This document shows positions 11,573-19,230 of a stretch of 24,000 nucleotides of DNA, in pieces. The translations under genes were made by a program, and so were the position numbers. The notes under the pieces are model-generated. The model saw only the letters and a list, made by a program, of their open reading frames with translations, ran no database searches and was not told the origin of the DNA. The DNA is from Companilactobacillus allii (GTDB taxonomy: Bacteria; Bacillota; Bacilli; Lactobacillales; Lactobacillaceae), in contig NZ_CP019323.1 in assembly GCF_001971585.1 (NCBI RefSeq), positions 400,053-424,052 of the forward strand, in the 5' to 3' direction. The stretch's first letter is position 1. Every line of letters starts with the position of its first letter.

Positions 11573-11586
11573 CGTAATCGCTTACA
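11573..11586. promoter_or_regulatory. Candidate cre box upstream of the GH78-MFS-esterase operon
   Basis: The minus-strand reading TGTAAGCGATTACG matches 13 of 14 cre consensus positions (TGWAANCGNTNWCA). It lies about 25 nt upstream of the rhamnosidase start. A weak TTAAAC-17-CATACT promoter candidate ends just upstream of it. Confidence 0.5.
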
Positions 11587-11664
11587 ATGAGTATGATATT
11601 CGTTATTCAAACGTTTAATTACTATATCGTGTTATTTTTTGGCTTATAGTGCTTATATCTTCGT

Positions 11665-11696
11665 AAAAAAAACCTCATTCTGTTTGGAATGAGGTT
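11665..11696 (-). terminator. Rho-independent terminator ending the yhf-like operon
   Basis: On the minus strand, AACCTCATTC, loop CAAACA, GAATGAGGTT, followed by TTTTTTTT. It lies about 73 nt downstream of the stop at 11769. Confidence 0.85.
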
Positions 11697-11768
11697 GAAG
11701 TATTTTATTTAGTTTTGGGGAATATATCTTATTTCTAATTAAAATCATGAATTATAGGGTTCAAGTGA

Positions 11769-12998
11769 TTATTCATCTAGATCAGTACCATCAATAATTC
11801 TATGTAAAAAACTTTTGCCATTTTCTGGTGGTTCAATATCAAAGTATTCTGCACCAGTAGCCCCAACATCGGATAATGTTGATCGATCCCCGACGTACTT
11901 ATTATGTGTGCCTTCCTTATAAATCATTAATGGTGTACGTTCTCTTGTATGCAAAGTGGAACCTATCGTTGGATCATCCCCATGATCTGCCATAACAATT
12001 AAAATATCATCACCTGTATATAAGGGTAGGACTTCATTTAGCTTTTTATCAGCTTTTTCAAGCACATCTGCATAACTCAACGGATCTTCAGCATGACCGG
12101 CTAAATCCGTTTCTTGAATATTCATAAACAGTAATCCATTTTTCATATTCTTTGATTGTTCAATAAACTTATCAAACAAATAATTGGTATCAACACCAGG
12201 AAATTTTCTATCCGTATTTACATTAATAATATCGGATGTTTTCCCTATCAAAGATACATCAATATTATTTTCATGCAACATAGTCGGTAATTGTACTTTA
12301 GGGTCAATTCCGTATCCTAGATGTATAACATGATAATCTTTATTATATACACCGGATTCTGGAGCTGACACACCAACATATTTTCCATGTTCTATTTTAC
12401 GTGCCTTTAAAATATTTTTAAGATTTACCCCTCGACCTCCAAAGGCAATAACACGTGAAACTTTAACAACACTTCGAACTGAATCACCTAACCTAGTTAT
12501 CTCATCGAATGACATCTCATCTAAAGCTGCCGTCACGTTATATACTTGACCCGGATCTGCTTCCAAGTTATCACCTATAGTTGCACAATTATTTACTAAT
12601 AATAATTGATATCCCGGATCGCCATATCTCTCAATTTCAAAACCATCTTTTTTCACTTGATTTTCAATGGTATCAATAACCTCATTAAATGGCTGTAATA
12701 ATGGCATCTTAGGTTTAGTCCCCATAATTTCTTGGTGGGCCAAATATGAATCTGCACCATGATGCATCAAATTAGAGGTACCCCAGTTTGCAGTATTAGA
12801 GAATTTTTTATCTCCTCTTTCTTCACCAATAGAATTCATTAATCCCAATTTTACTAGATTGGGGATTTGGATCTGTGGAACTGCCTTAATAATATTTAAG
12901 GCAGTGTTTGAACCAATATCATCTGGACGAACATTAGGAACATCGTCCATTGCACCTACTCCAAAACTATCTAACACAATTATTCCAAATTTACCCAT
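11769..12998 (-). CDS. yhfW: YhfW-like phosphopentomutase-family (alkaline-phosphatase superfamily) metalloenzyme
   Basis: The preferred start is the ATG at 12998, with GGGAG 8 nt upstream and 1 nt after the upstream TGA, giving 409 aa. The track start at 13049 would overlap the previous gene by 50 nt. The DeoB-type core is present as IIVLDSFGVGAMDD, GADSYLAHQEIMG (compare E. coli DeoB GKDTPSGHWEIAG), QETDLAGHAEDP and MADHGDDPT. Confidence 0.85.
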   Translation of the reverse strand: MGKFGIIVLDSFGVGAMDDVPNVRPDDIGSNTALNIIKAVPQIQIPNLVKLGLMNSIGEERGDKKFSNTANWGTSNLMHHGADSYLAHQEIMGTKPKMPLLQPFNEVIDTIENQVKKDGFEIERYGDPGYQLLLVNNCATIGDNLEADPGQVYNVTAALDEMSFDEITRLGDSVRSVVKVSRVIAFGGRGVNLKNILKARKIEHGKYVGVSAPESGVYNKDYHVIHLGYGIDPKVQLPTMLHENNIDVSLIGKTSDIINVNTDRKFPGVDTNYLFDKFIEQSKNMKNGLLFMNIQETDLAGHAEDPLSYADVLEKADKKLNEVLPLYTGDDILIVMADHGDDPTIGSTLHTRERTPLMIYKEGTHNKYVGDRSTLSDVGATGAEYFDIEPPENGKSFLHRIIDGTDLDE

Positions 12999-12999
12999 A

Positions 13000-14166
13000 T
13001 CATTTAACTCCCTTCGGTAATTCTCTACCTTGACTATCATATAAACCAACCAGTCTTGGATTGCTTGTGTGTAGTCCTCTAACTAATGCAATTGTGCTTC
13101 TGGTTACGAACATTTGAGTTCTATATGCCATTACAACTGGTAAACCAGATTTAAATTCTTTATTTAGTTCCAAATAGTAATCAATACTCGAATTATCTAG
13201 TGGAAAAACTTCTGCATGCTCAATCTCATTACCATTCTTTACTATTACATTCTTCAAATGACCTCTTCTGTAATATCCGCCACCAAAAACAAAGCTATGG
13301 TTTTTAAAACTATGTGATATTTCACTTACATAACAATATGCTGGCTTTTCTGGCAATTTTTTTACAGCATGCATAGGTGTGGTCCCAGTAATGGAATGCC
13401 CTGGCTCTCCTTCTGTACCACCCAGTTCCTTAATTAATTTAAGCGATTTAGTAGCGGTTGCTGAGGGTAAACTAACGACAGAACAATTTAGTTCATGCTT
13501 ATTAAAAATATCCTTAGAAGCCTTTATCGTTGTCATATTAGAGGTCTTCTCATACTCACATTTTTTTTCATCAAAAAGAATAGCGGGAAATGTCGTGATA
13601 CCGACAATCTCAAGATTCGATAATTGTTTCAATTTCTCTAACTGATTGTCCAATTGCTTCAAAGTAAAACCACCAACTTGACCAGGATATATATCATCTT
13701 TATCATCTTGGATTTTTAAAATAATTTTTTGAACTTTATTACTGGATCTTGCAGCCTCATTCAAATCAAAGGCATTTTCATACGAGAATATTGTGAAATA
13801 CTTAGTTCCGTAATCAATAATCTTTTTGAGTAACATTTTTGGTACCTGTACTAAATGACCAACATTTCCTAATTTCAAATTATTGTTCATAAATACTTCA
13901 GCTTCTCTATAATCAACAACGACAGCATTTTCTATCCCCGCTGATTCAATTTCTTTTGCTATTATTGGATTTCTGCCTAATTGTTTTGTCATATAAAGCA
14001 ATTCGATTCCATACTTTTTTGCTTCGACAACCATTTTTTTTGTGTTTTCACTTATCATGTCTAGATCTATGACATATGTGTCTGGTAATATTTGACCAGT
14101 TTTATGTAAATCAAAGGCAAAATCAATTAATTCCGGATTTAATTCTTCAAGTTTTTTTAAAAACAT
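13000..14166 (-). CDS. yhfX: YhfX-like putative PLP enzyme of the alanine-racemase-fold (fold type III) family
   Basis: 388 aa (E. coli YhfX is about 387 aa) with a GAGGTGG RBS. The start ATG overlaps the upstream TAA (TAATG). Assignment rests on size, position beside the yhfW-like gene and overall resemblance to the predicted amino-acid racemase family. It is the least motif-supported call in the cluster. Confidence 0.65.
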   Translation of the reverse strand: MFLKKLEELNPELIDFAFDLHKTGQILPDTYVIDLDMISENTKKMVVEAKKYGIELLYMTKQLGRNPIIAKEIESAGIENAVVVDYREAEVFMNNNLKLGNVGHLVQVPKMLLKKIIDYGTKYFTIFSYENAFDLNEAARSSNKVQKIILKIQDDKDDIYPGQVGGFTLKQLDNQLEKLKQLSNLEIVGITTFPAILFDEKKCEYEKTSNMTTIKASKDIFNKHELNCSVVSLPSATATKSLKLIKELGGTEGEPGHSITGTTPMHAVKKLPEKPAYCYVSEISHSFKNHSFVFGGGYYRRGHLKNVIVKNGNEIEHAEVFPLDNSSIDYYLELNKEFKSGLPVVMAYRTQMFVTRSTIALVRGLHTSNPRLVGLYDSQGRELPKGVK

Positions 14167-15263
14167 TATCCCACCACCTCATTAATACTACTTTTAAGAA
14201 TCCGAATTATAGTATCAGCACCACAACGATATGGATTAATTCTTATAGTGGTTTTTAATAGATTGGGATCGTACTCTTTAAATGTTCCTGAAACTCTGTA
14301 GAACATTGGTACAATTTCATATTTAGATTCAGCACCCACTGGATTAGGTGCTGCACCAAGAGAACTTGTATATTTCAATACCTCTTCAGCTATTGGTTTT
14401 TTAAATTCTACTAATAAAACCTTAGACTGGGCATTGGCAATATATGCATAAGAAATTTCTGATATTTCTTTATTATTAAGTCGTTGAACTAACTCATTAA
14501 CAACATTTGCTTGATTTGCTAATGCAACCGGAGCATATGTCAATCCACGTAATACATCCAGAGCCTCATGTCCCTGTACCTGTGAACCACCAGAATAATT
14601 CTCTTTTTTAAGTAATTCTATTTTCTCCTTATCACCCACAATACATCCGATACCTTCAGGGCCTAATAGCTTAAAGGTTGAAAAGCAGCTTAGATTAGCA
14701 CCTAATTCGACACCAATTTTTTTTACTTTCATTACTGCATAATTGTCATCTGTAATTATTGGAATATTAGGATACTTATTTTTAAAAAACGAAATAACTT
14801 TTTCTATTGAATATGAGTCTTCTGGCTGTTGTCTTGTATATTGAATTAAAATCGCCGAAATATTATTGGGTAATATTTGATTCTCAATATCGTTATAATC
14901 TATTTCAATGGTTTTTATTCCCATACTCTCTATTGATACTTTTGTAGTTGGATATACTGGCGCTCTATGAACAAGTACTGTATCTCCAGGATGTAGTACT
15001 GAATGAAGTGCCAATCTAATTGCCGCTGTTCCCGATCCTCTAACTAGCATTGCCGCATCTGTTCCAAAAAAACTAGCTAAAATTTCTTCCACTTTCTTTG
15101 TATATCTTGGTTGGTTTAACCCAGGAACAACACCTAGATCACCTCGGCTTAGCATTTCATTTCCCATGAAATAGCGTGTCATAATATCAACTAATTTAAA
15201 TTGTTTTTTTAACGCTTCCTCTATGGATATGCTCTCTAGTGGGTATGTTTTAAATTTAGGCAT
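14166..15263 (-). CDS. yhfS: YhfS-like PLP-dependent enzyme, SelA/DgaE-like (fold type I)
   Basis: The preferred start is the ATG at 15263 (MPKFKTYPLESI, paralleling the E. coli YhfS N-terminus). The track start at 15275 is four codons upstream. The PLP-lysine box NLSCFSTFKLLGPEGIGCIVGDKE closely parallels SelA [24 protein letters not shown]. It overlaps the php stop by a few nt. Confidence 0.8.
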   Translation of the reverse strand: MPKFKTYPLESISIEEALKKQFKLVDIMTRYFMGNEMLSRGDLGVVPGLNQPRYTKKVEEILASFFGTDAAMLVRGSGTAAIRLALHSVLHPGDTVLVHRAPVYPTTKVSIESMGIKTIEIDYNDIENQILPNNISAILIQYTRQQPEDSYSIEKVISFFKNKYPNIPIITDDNYAVMKVKKIGVELGANLSCFSTFKLLGPEGIGCIVGDKEKIELLKKENYSGGSQVQGHEALDVLRGLTYAPVALANQANVVNELVQRLNNKEISEISYAYIANAQSKVLLVEFKKPIAEEVLKYTSSLGAAPNPVGAESKYEIVPMFYRVSGTFKEYDPNLLKTTIRINPYRCGADTIIRILKSSINEVVG

Positions 15264-16140
15264 TAAAATCACCATAGATTCTTTGTGGATTATCTATTAA
15301 CATCTTATTAATAAATTCTTCTGAAACATTGTTCTTTTTTAATTCGGGAATAAACTTATCTAATAAATATGAATAACCATTACCACCATTTTCTTTGAGA
15401 TGTGATTTTCTTGTAATATCCATAGACATAACGACTTGGTCCGTATACCCTGCTTTTTCAATATCTTTAAGCATCTTGGTTCTCACTGTATCTGATAAAT
15501 AGTTATTTTTACCAATTGTGTCAAATTCGACATTTATTCCAGCTTTTAGCATATCGATAACATAGTCAGAGTTTGCGGATAGATCAACATGTCCAATGAC
15601 AATTTTACTTAAATCAGCTTGTTTTCTAGCAAAATAATTAACTTGTTCATGTCCTAACGTCCCAATAGATGTATGCGTACTAATTGGACATCCAGTTTCC
15701 TTCTGAGCAATAACAGCCGCGTTGAATACCTTTTCTTCACCTATGGTCCATTTGTTCTGAGTCGTGGCAATTTCACCAATAACACCGGCTTTTACATTTG
15801 TACCCTTAATTCCTTTCTGAATATCCTCTATCATACCTTCTGCCAATTGATTTACTGACAATCTAAAAACTTCAACTGGCAGAAAAGCATCTTGGTAAAA
15901 CCCTGTAGATTGAACAATATTTATTTTGGATTTCTCAGCCACAGTTTGCGCGTATGGAATATTTCTTCCCATACCTCTATTGCTCATATCAATAACATTC
16001 CTTACACCTTTTACATAGAGATCCTTAAATTCTTGAATAACCAATTCTTGGGAATCAAGATGACAGTCCTCATTGTGTTTAACTTCTGACAAATCAATTG
16101 GAATATGCTCATGTGAATAAACCATACCAGGTACTAACAT
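15256..16140 (-). CDS. php: Phosphotriesterase homology protein (amidohydrolase superfamily, Php/YhfV)
   Basis: 294 aa with an AAGAGGA RBS. The protein is collinear with E. coli Php throughout. All metal ligands are present: YSHEHIPIDLS (HxH), VIGEIAT (Glu replacing the carbamyl-Lys), ISTHTS, IGHVDLS and VMSMDITRKSHL. Confidence 0.93.
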   Translation of the reverse strand: MLVPGMVYSHEHIPIDLSEVKHNEDCHLDSQELVIQEFKDLYVKGVRNVIDMSNRGMGRNIPYAQTVAEKSKINIVQSTGFYQDAFLPVEVFRLSVNQLAEGMIEDIQKGIKGTNVKAGVIGEIATTQNKWTIGEEKVFNAAVIAQKETGCPISTHTSIGTLGHEQVNYFARKQADLSKIVIGHVDLSANSDYVIDMLKAGINVEFDTIGKNNYLSDTVRTKMLKDIEKAGYTDQVVMSMDITRKSHLKENGGNGYSYLLDKFIPELKKNNVSEEFINKMLIDNPQRIYGDFNA

Positions 16141-16165
16141 TTATAAAATCCTCTTTCTGTTCAAA

Positions 16166-17458
16166 TTAAAATAACATTATTAATCTCAATATATTCAATA
16201 AAACTCCCAAAACAATTGCCGCAATTGGCCCAACTGCCATGTCTACTAAAGGTTTCTTGGCTTTCTTATTTAAAAGCCAAAAACCTATTACCCAAAAATA
16301 TCCCAAATTGGGTGCCATCTTATTACATGCCAATGCAGCACCAATAAGTAATGCTATCGCTATTGTGTCTTGTAACGATGTTCTGATATGTTCTCCCATA
16401 TCTCTTAATCCAGGGAATTTATCCAATCCTTTAGCAGTAGCTGAAAGAGCTTGAACCTCAATCCACATCCAAACAAATCCAGCTAAAAACGCAAGAATTG
16501 GTTGTCCTTTTAATAGCAAACCAATAACAAAGATAATGGTTGTTCCAGCCATACCATAAACGCCAGTTACAATAGCAGTTGAAAATACCAACGGAATAAA
16601 TCCAATAGCACGTGCAAATGTCGCAATAGCCGCTTCCATAACTTGGTTTTTAACCAATAATTGTTGTGGTAATACATCAACAGCGATTATCAACATACTT
16701 GATGAAGCAGTAATCAAACCTCCCATAATGGACAACCAGATCCAATTACTCTTAATTCGACCCACACGTTTTGAAAATACGTTCACCAGTCCAGCGTTTG
16801 AATTACCATCACCCTTGATTTGTGCAGCAAAGTAAATCATCGCTATCATTGCAACTAATAAAGACATGCCAATTGCATTCAATGTAACCGTCATACCATC
16901 AACTTTGAATGTACCGAATTTTGTGGCTAAAAGATAAGCTAAAAATGTTAGGCCAAAAGTAATCATTCCCTTTTTAGGCCCATGTTGACTTGCAACCGAA
17001 AGTGCTGGAAACGCACAAAAAGCTAAAAGGATCGGACCACCTAATAATGAAAGTGCTGGCAAGAAATTAAATGGCAACATCTTAAATAATGAAACGATTG
17101 TGGAAAGTCCAAATAACAATCCAATACCATAAATGGCACCAACTACACCTGCCATTGCTGTACCCCATTTAGTATCCGGGGTCCATGTACCAATAATATC
17201 TGCTGCAAGCAAAATACTATGTGCAACCAGGATTGTTGATCCAATTGAAACTGGTATACCAAAGCCTATAATCAGTCCAAAACTAACTGCAAAACTAGTA
17301 GCTGCTAGTTCCTTCCTGGTTATTTTTCCTTCCAGATATTCGGGCATAATCGGTCTTAATCCATCGTTAAAAACAGCAATACCACGGTTAGCCAAAATAG
17401 ACCCAACACCTCCAACCGCGGCAATTAATACATAGTTAATCAACGTAGTAACGTTCAT
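16166..17458 (-). CDS. yhfT: YhfT-like polytopic inner-membrane protein (putative transporter)
   Basis: 430 aa (E. coli YhfT is 434 aa) with at least 10 hydrophobic helices and an AAGGATGG RBS. It lies directly downstream of the yhfU-like gene, as in E. coli. Confidence 0.8.
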   Translation of the reverse strand: MNVTTLINYVLIAAVGGVGSILANRGIAVFNDGLRPIMPEYLEGKITRKELAATSFAVSFGLIIGFGIPVSIGSTILVAHSILLAADIIGTWTPDTKWGTAMAGVVGAIYGIGLLFGLSTIVSLFKMLPFNFLPALSLLGGPILLAFCAFPALSVASQHGPKKGMITFGLTFLAYLLATKFGTFKVDGMTVTLNAIGMSLLVAMIAMIYFAAQIKGDGNSNAGLVNVFSKRVGRIKSNWIWLSIMGGLITASSSMLIIAVDVLPQQLLVKNQVMEAAIATFARAIGFIPLVFSTAIVTGVYGMAGTTIIFVIGLLLKGQPILAFLAGFVWMWIEVQALSATAKGLDKFPGLRDMGEHIRTSLQDTIAIALLIGAALACNKMAPNLGYFWVIGFWLLNKKAKKPLVDMAVGPIAAIVLGVLLNILRLIMLF

Positions 17459-17483
17459 TTTTATACCATCCTTTTTTTATTTT

Positions 17484-17507
17484 CAATATACTGTATAATG
17501 TATATTG
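17484..17507. promoter_or_regulatory. Palindromic operator-like element CAATATA-N10-TATATTG (copy 1, yhfU-yhfT gap)
   Basis: This lies in the only sizeable intergenic gap inside the operon (72 bp). Here the palindrome extends to 11-bp arms, TTTCAATATAC (17481-17491) and GTATATTGAAA (17500-17510). An identical 7-N10-7 core recurs at 19193-19216. Confidence 0.45.
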
Positions 17508-17530
17508 AAAGATAATTAAATATAAAAAAA

Positions 17531-17896
17531 TTATTTCACTAGATATTTCACTAAAATGGGTAACACTGTGTCTTTTGTATTTATAGTGAATCCAAATGCA
17601 ACTTTACCTTTACCGTTAATTTCTTCTGCAATTTCTTCCTCAGATAATACCTTGGATGGAGATGCGACTGTAACAGTATGAGTTGATCCTAGTAATGCTG
17701 TTGCCATTGCAAGAGCTCCACCTGCACCAGTTTCACAAGCACCAATATAATAATCTGCTTCTCCATTTTTAATTGCCATTGCTGCATCCAAATCATTTTT
17801 GATAAAAATATCAACCTCCTTATCACCAATCAATTTTACTAGTGTTTTTTTTATATCATCTTTCCCCATTTGCCCACCAATAACAATTCTAATCAT
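17531..17896 (-). CDS. yhfU: YhfU-like small soluble protein (DUF2620)
   Basis: 121 aa (E. coli YhfU is about 117 aa) with a strong AAGGAGGAA RBS. The start overlaps the yhfY-like stop by 8 nt (ATGATTAG). It carries the conserved Cys/Gly-rich loop DYYIGACETGAGGALAMA. Confidence 0.8.
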   Translation of the reverse strand: MIRIVIGGQMGKDDIKKTLVKLIGDKEVDIFIKNDLDAAMAIKNGEADYYIGACETGAGGALAMATALLGSTHTVTVASPSKVLSEEEIAEEINGKGKVAFGFTINTKDTVLPILVKYLVK

Positions 17897-18248
17897 TTTG
17901 ATTCCTCCTTAATATATTTAAAACATGTAATAGTATATATTGTGTTTCATCTTCATTAAACTTTACTGGTGCTTTAAATTTTAAATCATTCCAGACTGAT
18001 ATGGCAATTTTATACTCTGGTTTACCACTTATTTGTTTCCACATTTCATCTGGCATTCTATCAACAAGTTCATTATCTAGTACCCTACCAATTGCGACCG
18101 ATAAATGGATCAATAACATTTCATTATCATTACTGTAATAATTTGTTTCAAAATAATCATCAACATCAACTAAAAATTCAAAGGAATCTGAATCTAATTT
18201 TCCCATTTCCTTTAAAAGATTTAACTTTTTCTCTGTAGTTTCTTCCAT
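17889..18248 (-). CDS. yhfY: YhfY-like stand-alone PRD-domain protein
   Basis: The preferred start is the ATG at 18248, 8 nt after GGAGG, giving 119 aa (E. coli YhfY is 120 aa). The track start is a GTG at 18257. It has two PRD-type helices with conserved His residues (LLIHLSVAIGR and YILLHVLNILRR). There is no RNA-binding or DNA-binding domain. Confidence 0.78.
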   Translation of the reverse strand: MEETTEKKLNLLKEMGKLDSDSFEFLVDVDDYFETNYYSNDNEMLLIHLSVAIGRVLDNELVDRMPDEMWKQISGKPEYKIAISVWNDLKFKAPVKFNEDETQYILLHVLNILRRNQND

Positions 18249-18261
18249 ATATATCACCTCC

Positions 18262-19176
18262 TCAATATTCAGGTAGAATCTCCCCAGATATCACCTCTTT
18301 TTGAACAAGAGTGATTTGATTATCATCCGCGTATCTTTGTACAATTTCTTTAATAAACGAATTGTTCTTTTTACAAAGTAATGCTGCACGAGACGACTTA
18401 TTTACCAAATCGCTATCAATTGAATCGTAAGATACTGGGTAATTCTTTTCCTCCACCTCGTCTCTATTCCAGATAGCAGCGTCAATTTCCCCATTCTCAA
18501 TTCTTTGTACAATTTGATTGTATGGCGTTTCAATTAATTGGACATTATGATTTTTTACAATTTCTTGTGTCAAAATTTTATAATCTATCGAATGGGAATC
18601 CACACCAATACTCATTCCGTCATAAATAAAGTTATTTTTACCTTTTTTATGTACAATTACATGTTCTGAGACATAAGTTTTTTGTGGAAATAAGGATATT
18701 AGATCCACATCGTTATTCTTCAATAAATAATCTGCAGTTAATCCAGAAGTAACTATAAAATCATATCGATTACTCTTTAAACCATTTAATCTATTTATTG
18801 ATCCGTTAACATAGGCTAGATTAAGATTAAGCTTTTTATCTTCAAAGGCCCTATAAAATCCTGTACTGAGTCCTTCATAATACTTGGTATAGGGTAACGG
18901 CATAGCACAAACAATATTTCTATCGTCCAAATAATTAAGTAATTTGTCTTGATTTTGATCAACCAAATACGTACCCATATGCCCCTTGGATAATGTCTTA
19001 ATTGCCCCATCATTTTTTAAAGTTTCCAGAGCACTTTGCATGGTTCCTCGTGAGGTATTTGTTTCCAGACATAATTCATCTACAGTAGGTACTTTATCCC
19101 CAATTCCTAATGTAAAAAATTTCTTTGCTAAATAAATCAAAGCAATACCTTTTTTTTGATATTGTGTTTCCTTCAT
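18262..19176 (-). CDS. yhfZ: YhfZ-like transcriptional regulator (N-terminal GntR-like wHTH plus C-terminal ligand-binding domain)
   Basis: 304 aa (E. coli YhfZ is 301 aa). It has an N-terminal HTH (VPTVDELCLETNTSRGTMQSALETLKNDGAIKTLSKGHMGTYLV). It is the first gene of the cluster, as in E. coli. Confidence 0.78.
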   Translation of the reverse strand: MKETQYQKKGIALIYLAKKFFTLGIGDKVPTVDELCLETNTSRGTMQSALETLKNDGAIKTLSKGHMGTYLVDQNQDKLLNYLDDRNIVCAMPLPYTKYYEGLSTGFYRAFEDKKLNLNLAYVNGSINRLNGLKSNRYDFIVTSGLTADYLLKNNDVDLISLFPQKTYVSEHVIVHKKGKNNFIYDGMSIGVDSHSIDYKILTQEIVKNHNVQLIETPYNQIVQRIENGEIDAAIWNRDEVEEKNYPVSYDSIDSDLVNKSSRAALLCKKNNSFIKEIVQRYADDNQITLVQKEVISGEILPEY

Positions 19177-19192
19177 TATTGCATCTCTTTTC

Positions 19193-19216
19193 CAATATAC
19201 AGTTTTTAATATATTG
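19193..19216. promoter_or_regulatory. Palindromic operator-like element CAATATA-N10-TATATTG (copy 2, yhfZ leader)
   Basis: Same 7-N10-7 core as 17484-17507. It lies between the candidate promoter (-10 at 19231-19236) and the yhfZ-like ATG at 19176, roughly +8 to +31 of the predicted transcript. Confidence 0.45.
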
Positions 19217-19230
19217 CTTTCAACGACATA

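Noticed and set aside
12999-13049. Apparent 50-nt overlap between the yhfX-like and yhfW-like ORFs, and similar 5-prime extensions at 15264-15275, 18249-18257, 3005-3016, 23384-23386 and 11549-11563.
   Set aside because: These are artefacts of taking the first possible start codon. In each case an internal ATG or TTG with a proper GGAGG-like RBS gives a length and N-terminus matching homologues.
17481-17510. The 11-bp-stem hairpin in the yhfU-yhfT gap, considered as a rho-independent terminator.
   Set aside because: On the transcribed minus strand it is followed by ATAAAAAAAGG rather than a U-tract, and the stem is almost all A-T. It is reported instead as an operator or RNA-structure candidate.
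19194-19223. Alternative promoter TTGAAA-18-TATATT directly upstream of the yhfZ-like gene.
   Set aside because: It would leave only an untranslated leader of about 11 nt with no room for the RBS. The upstream TTGACA-17-TACACT candidate is preferred. The TATATT is better explained as one arm of the palindrome.
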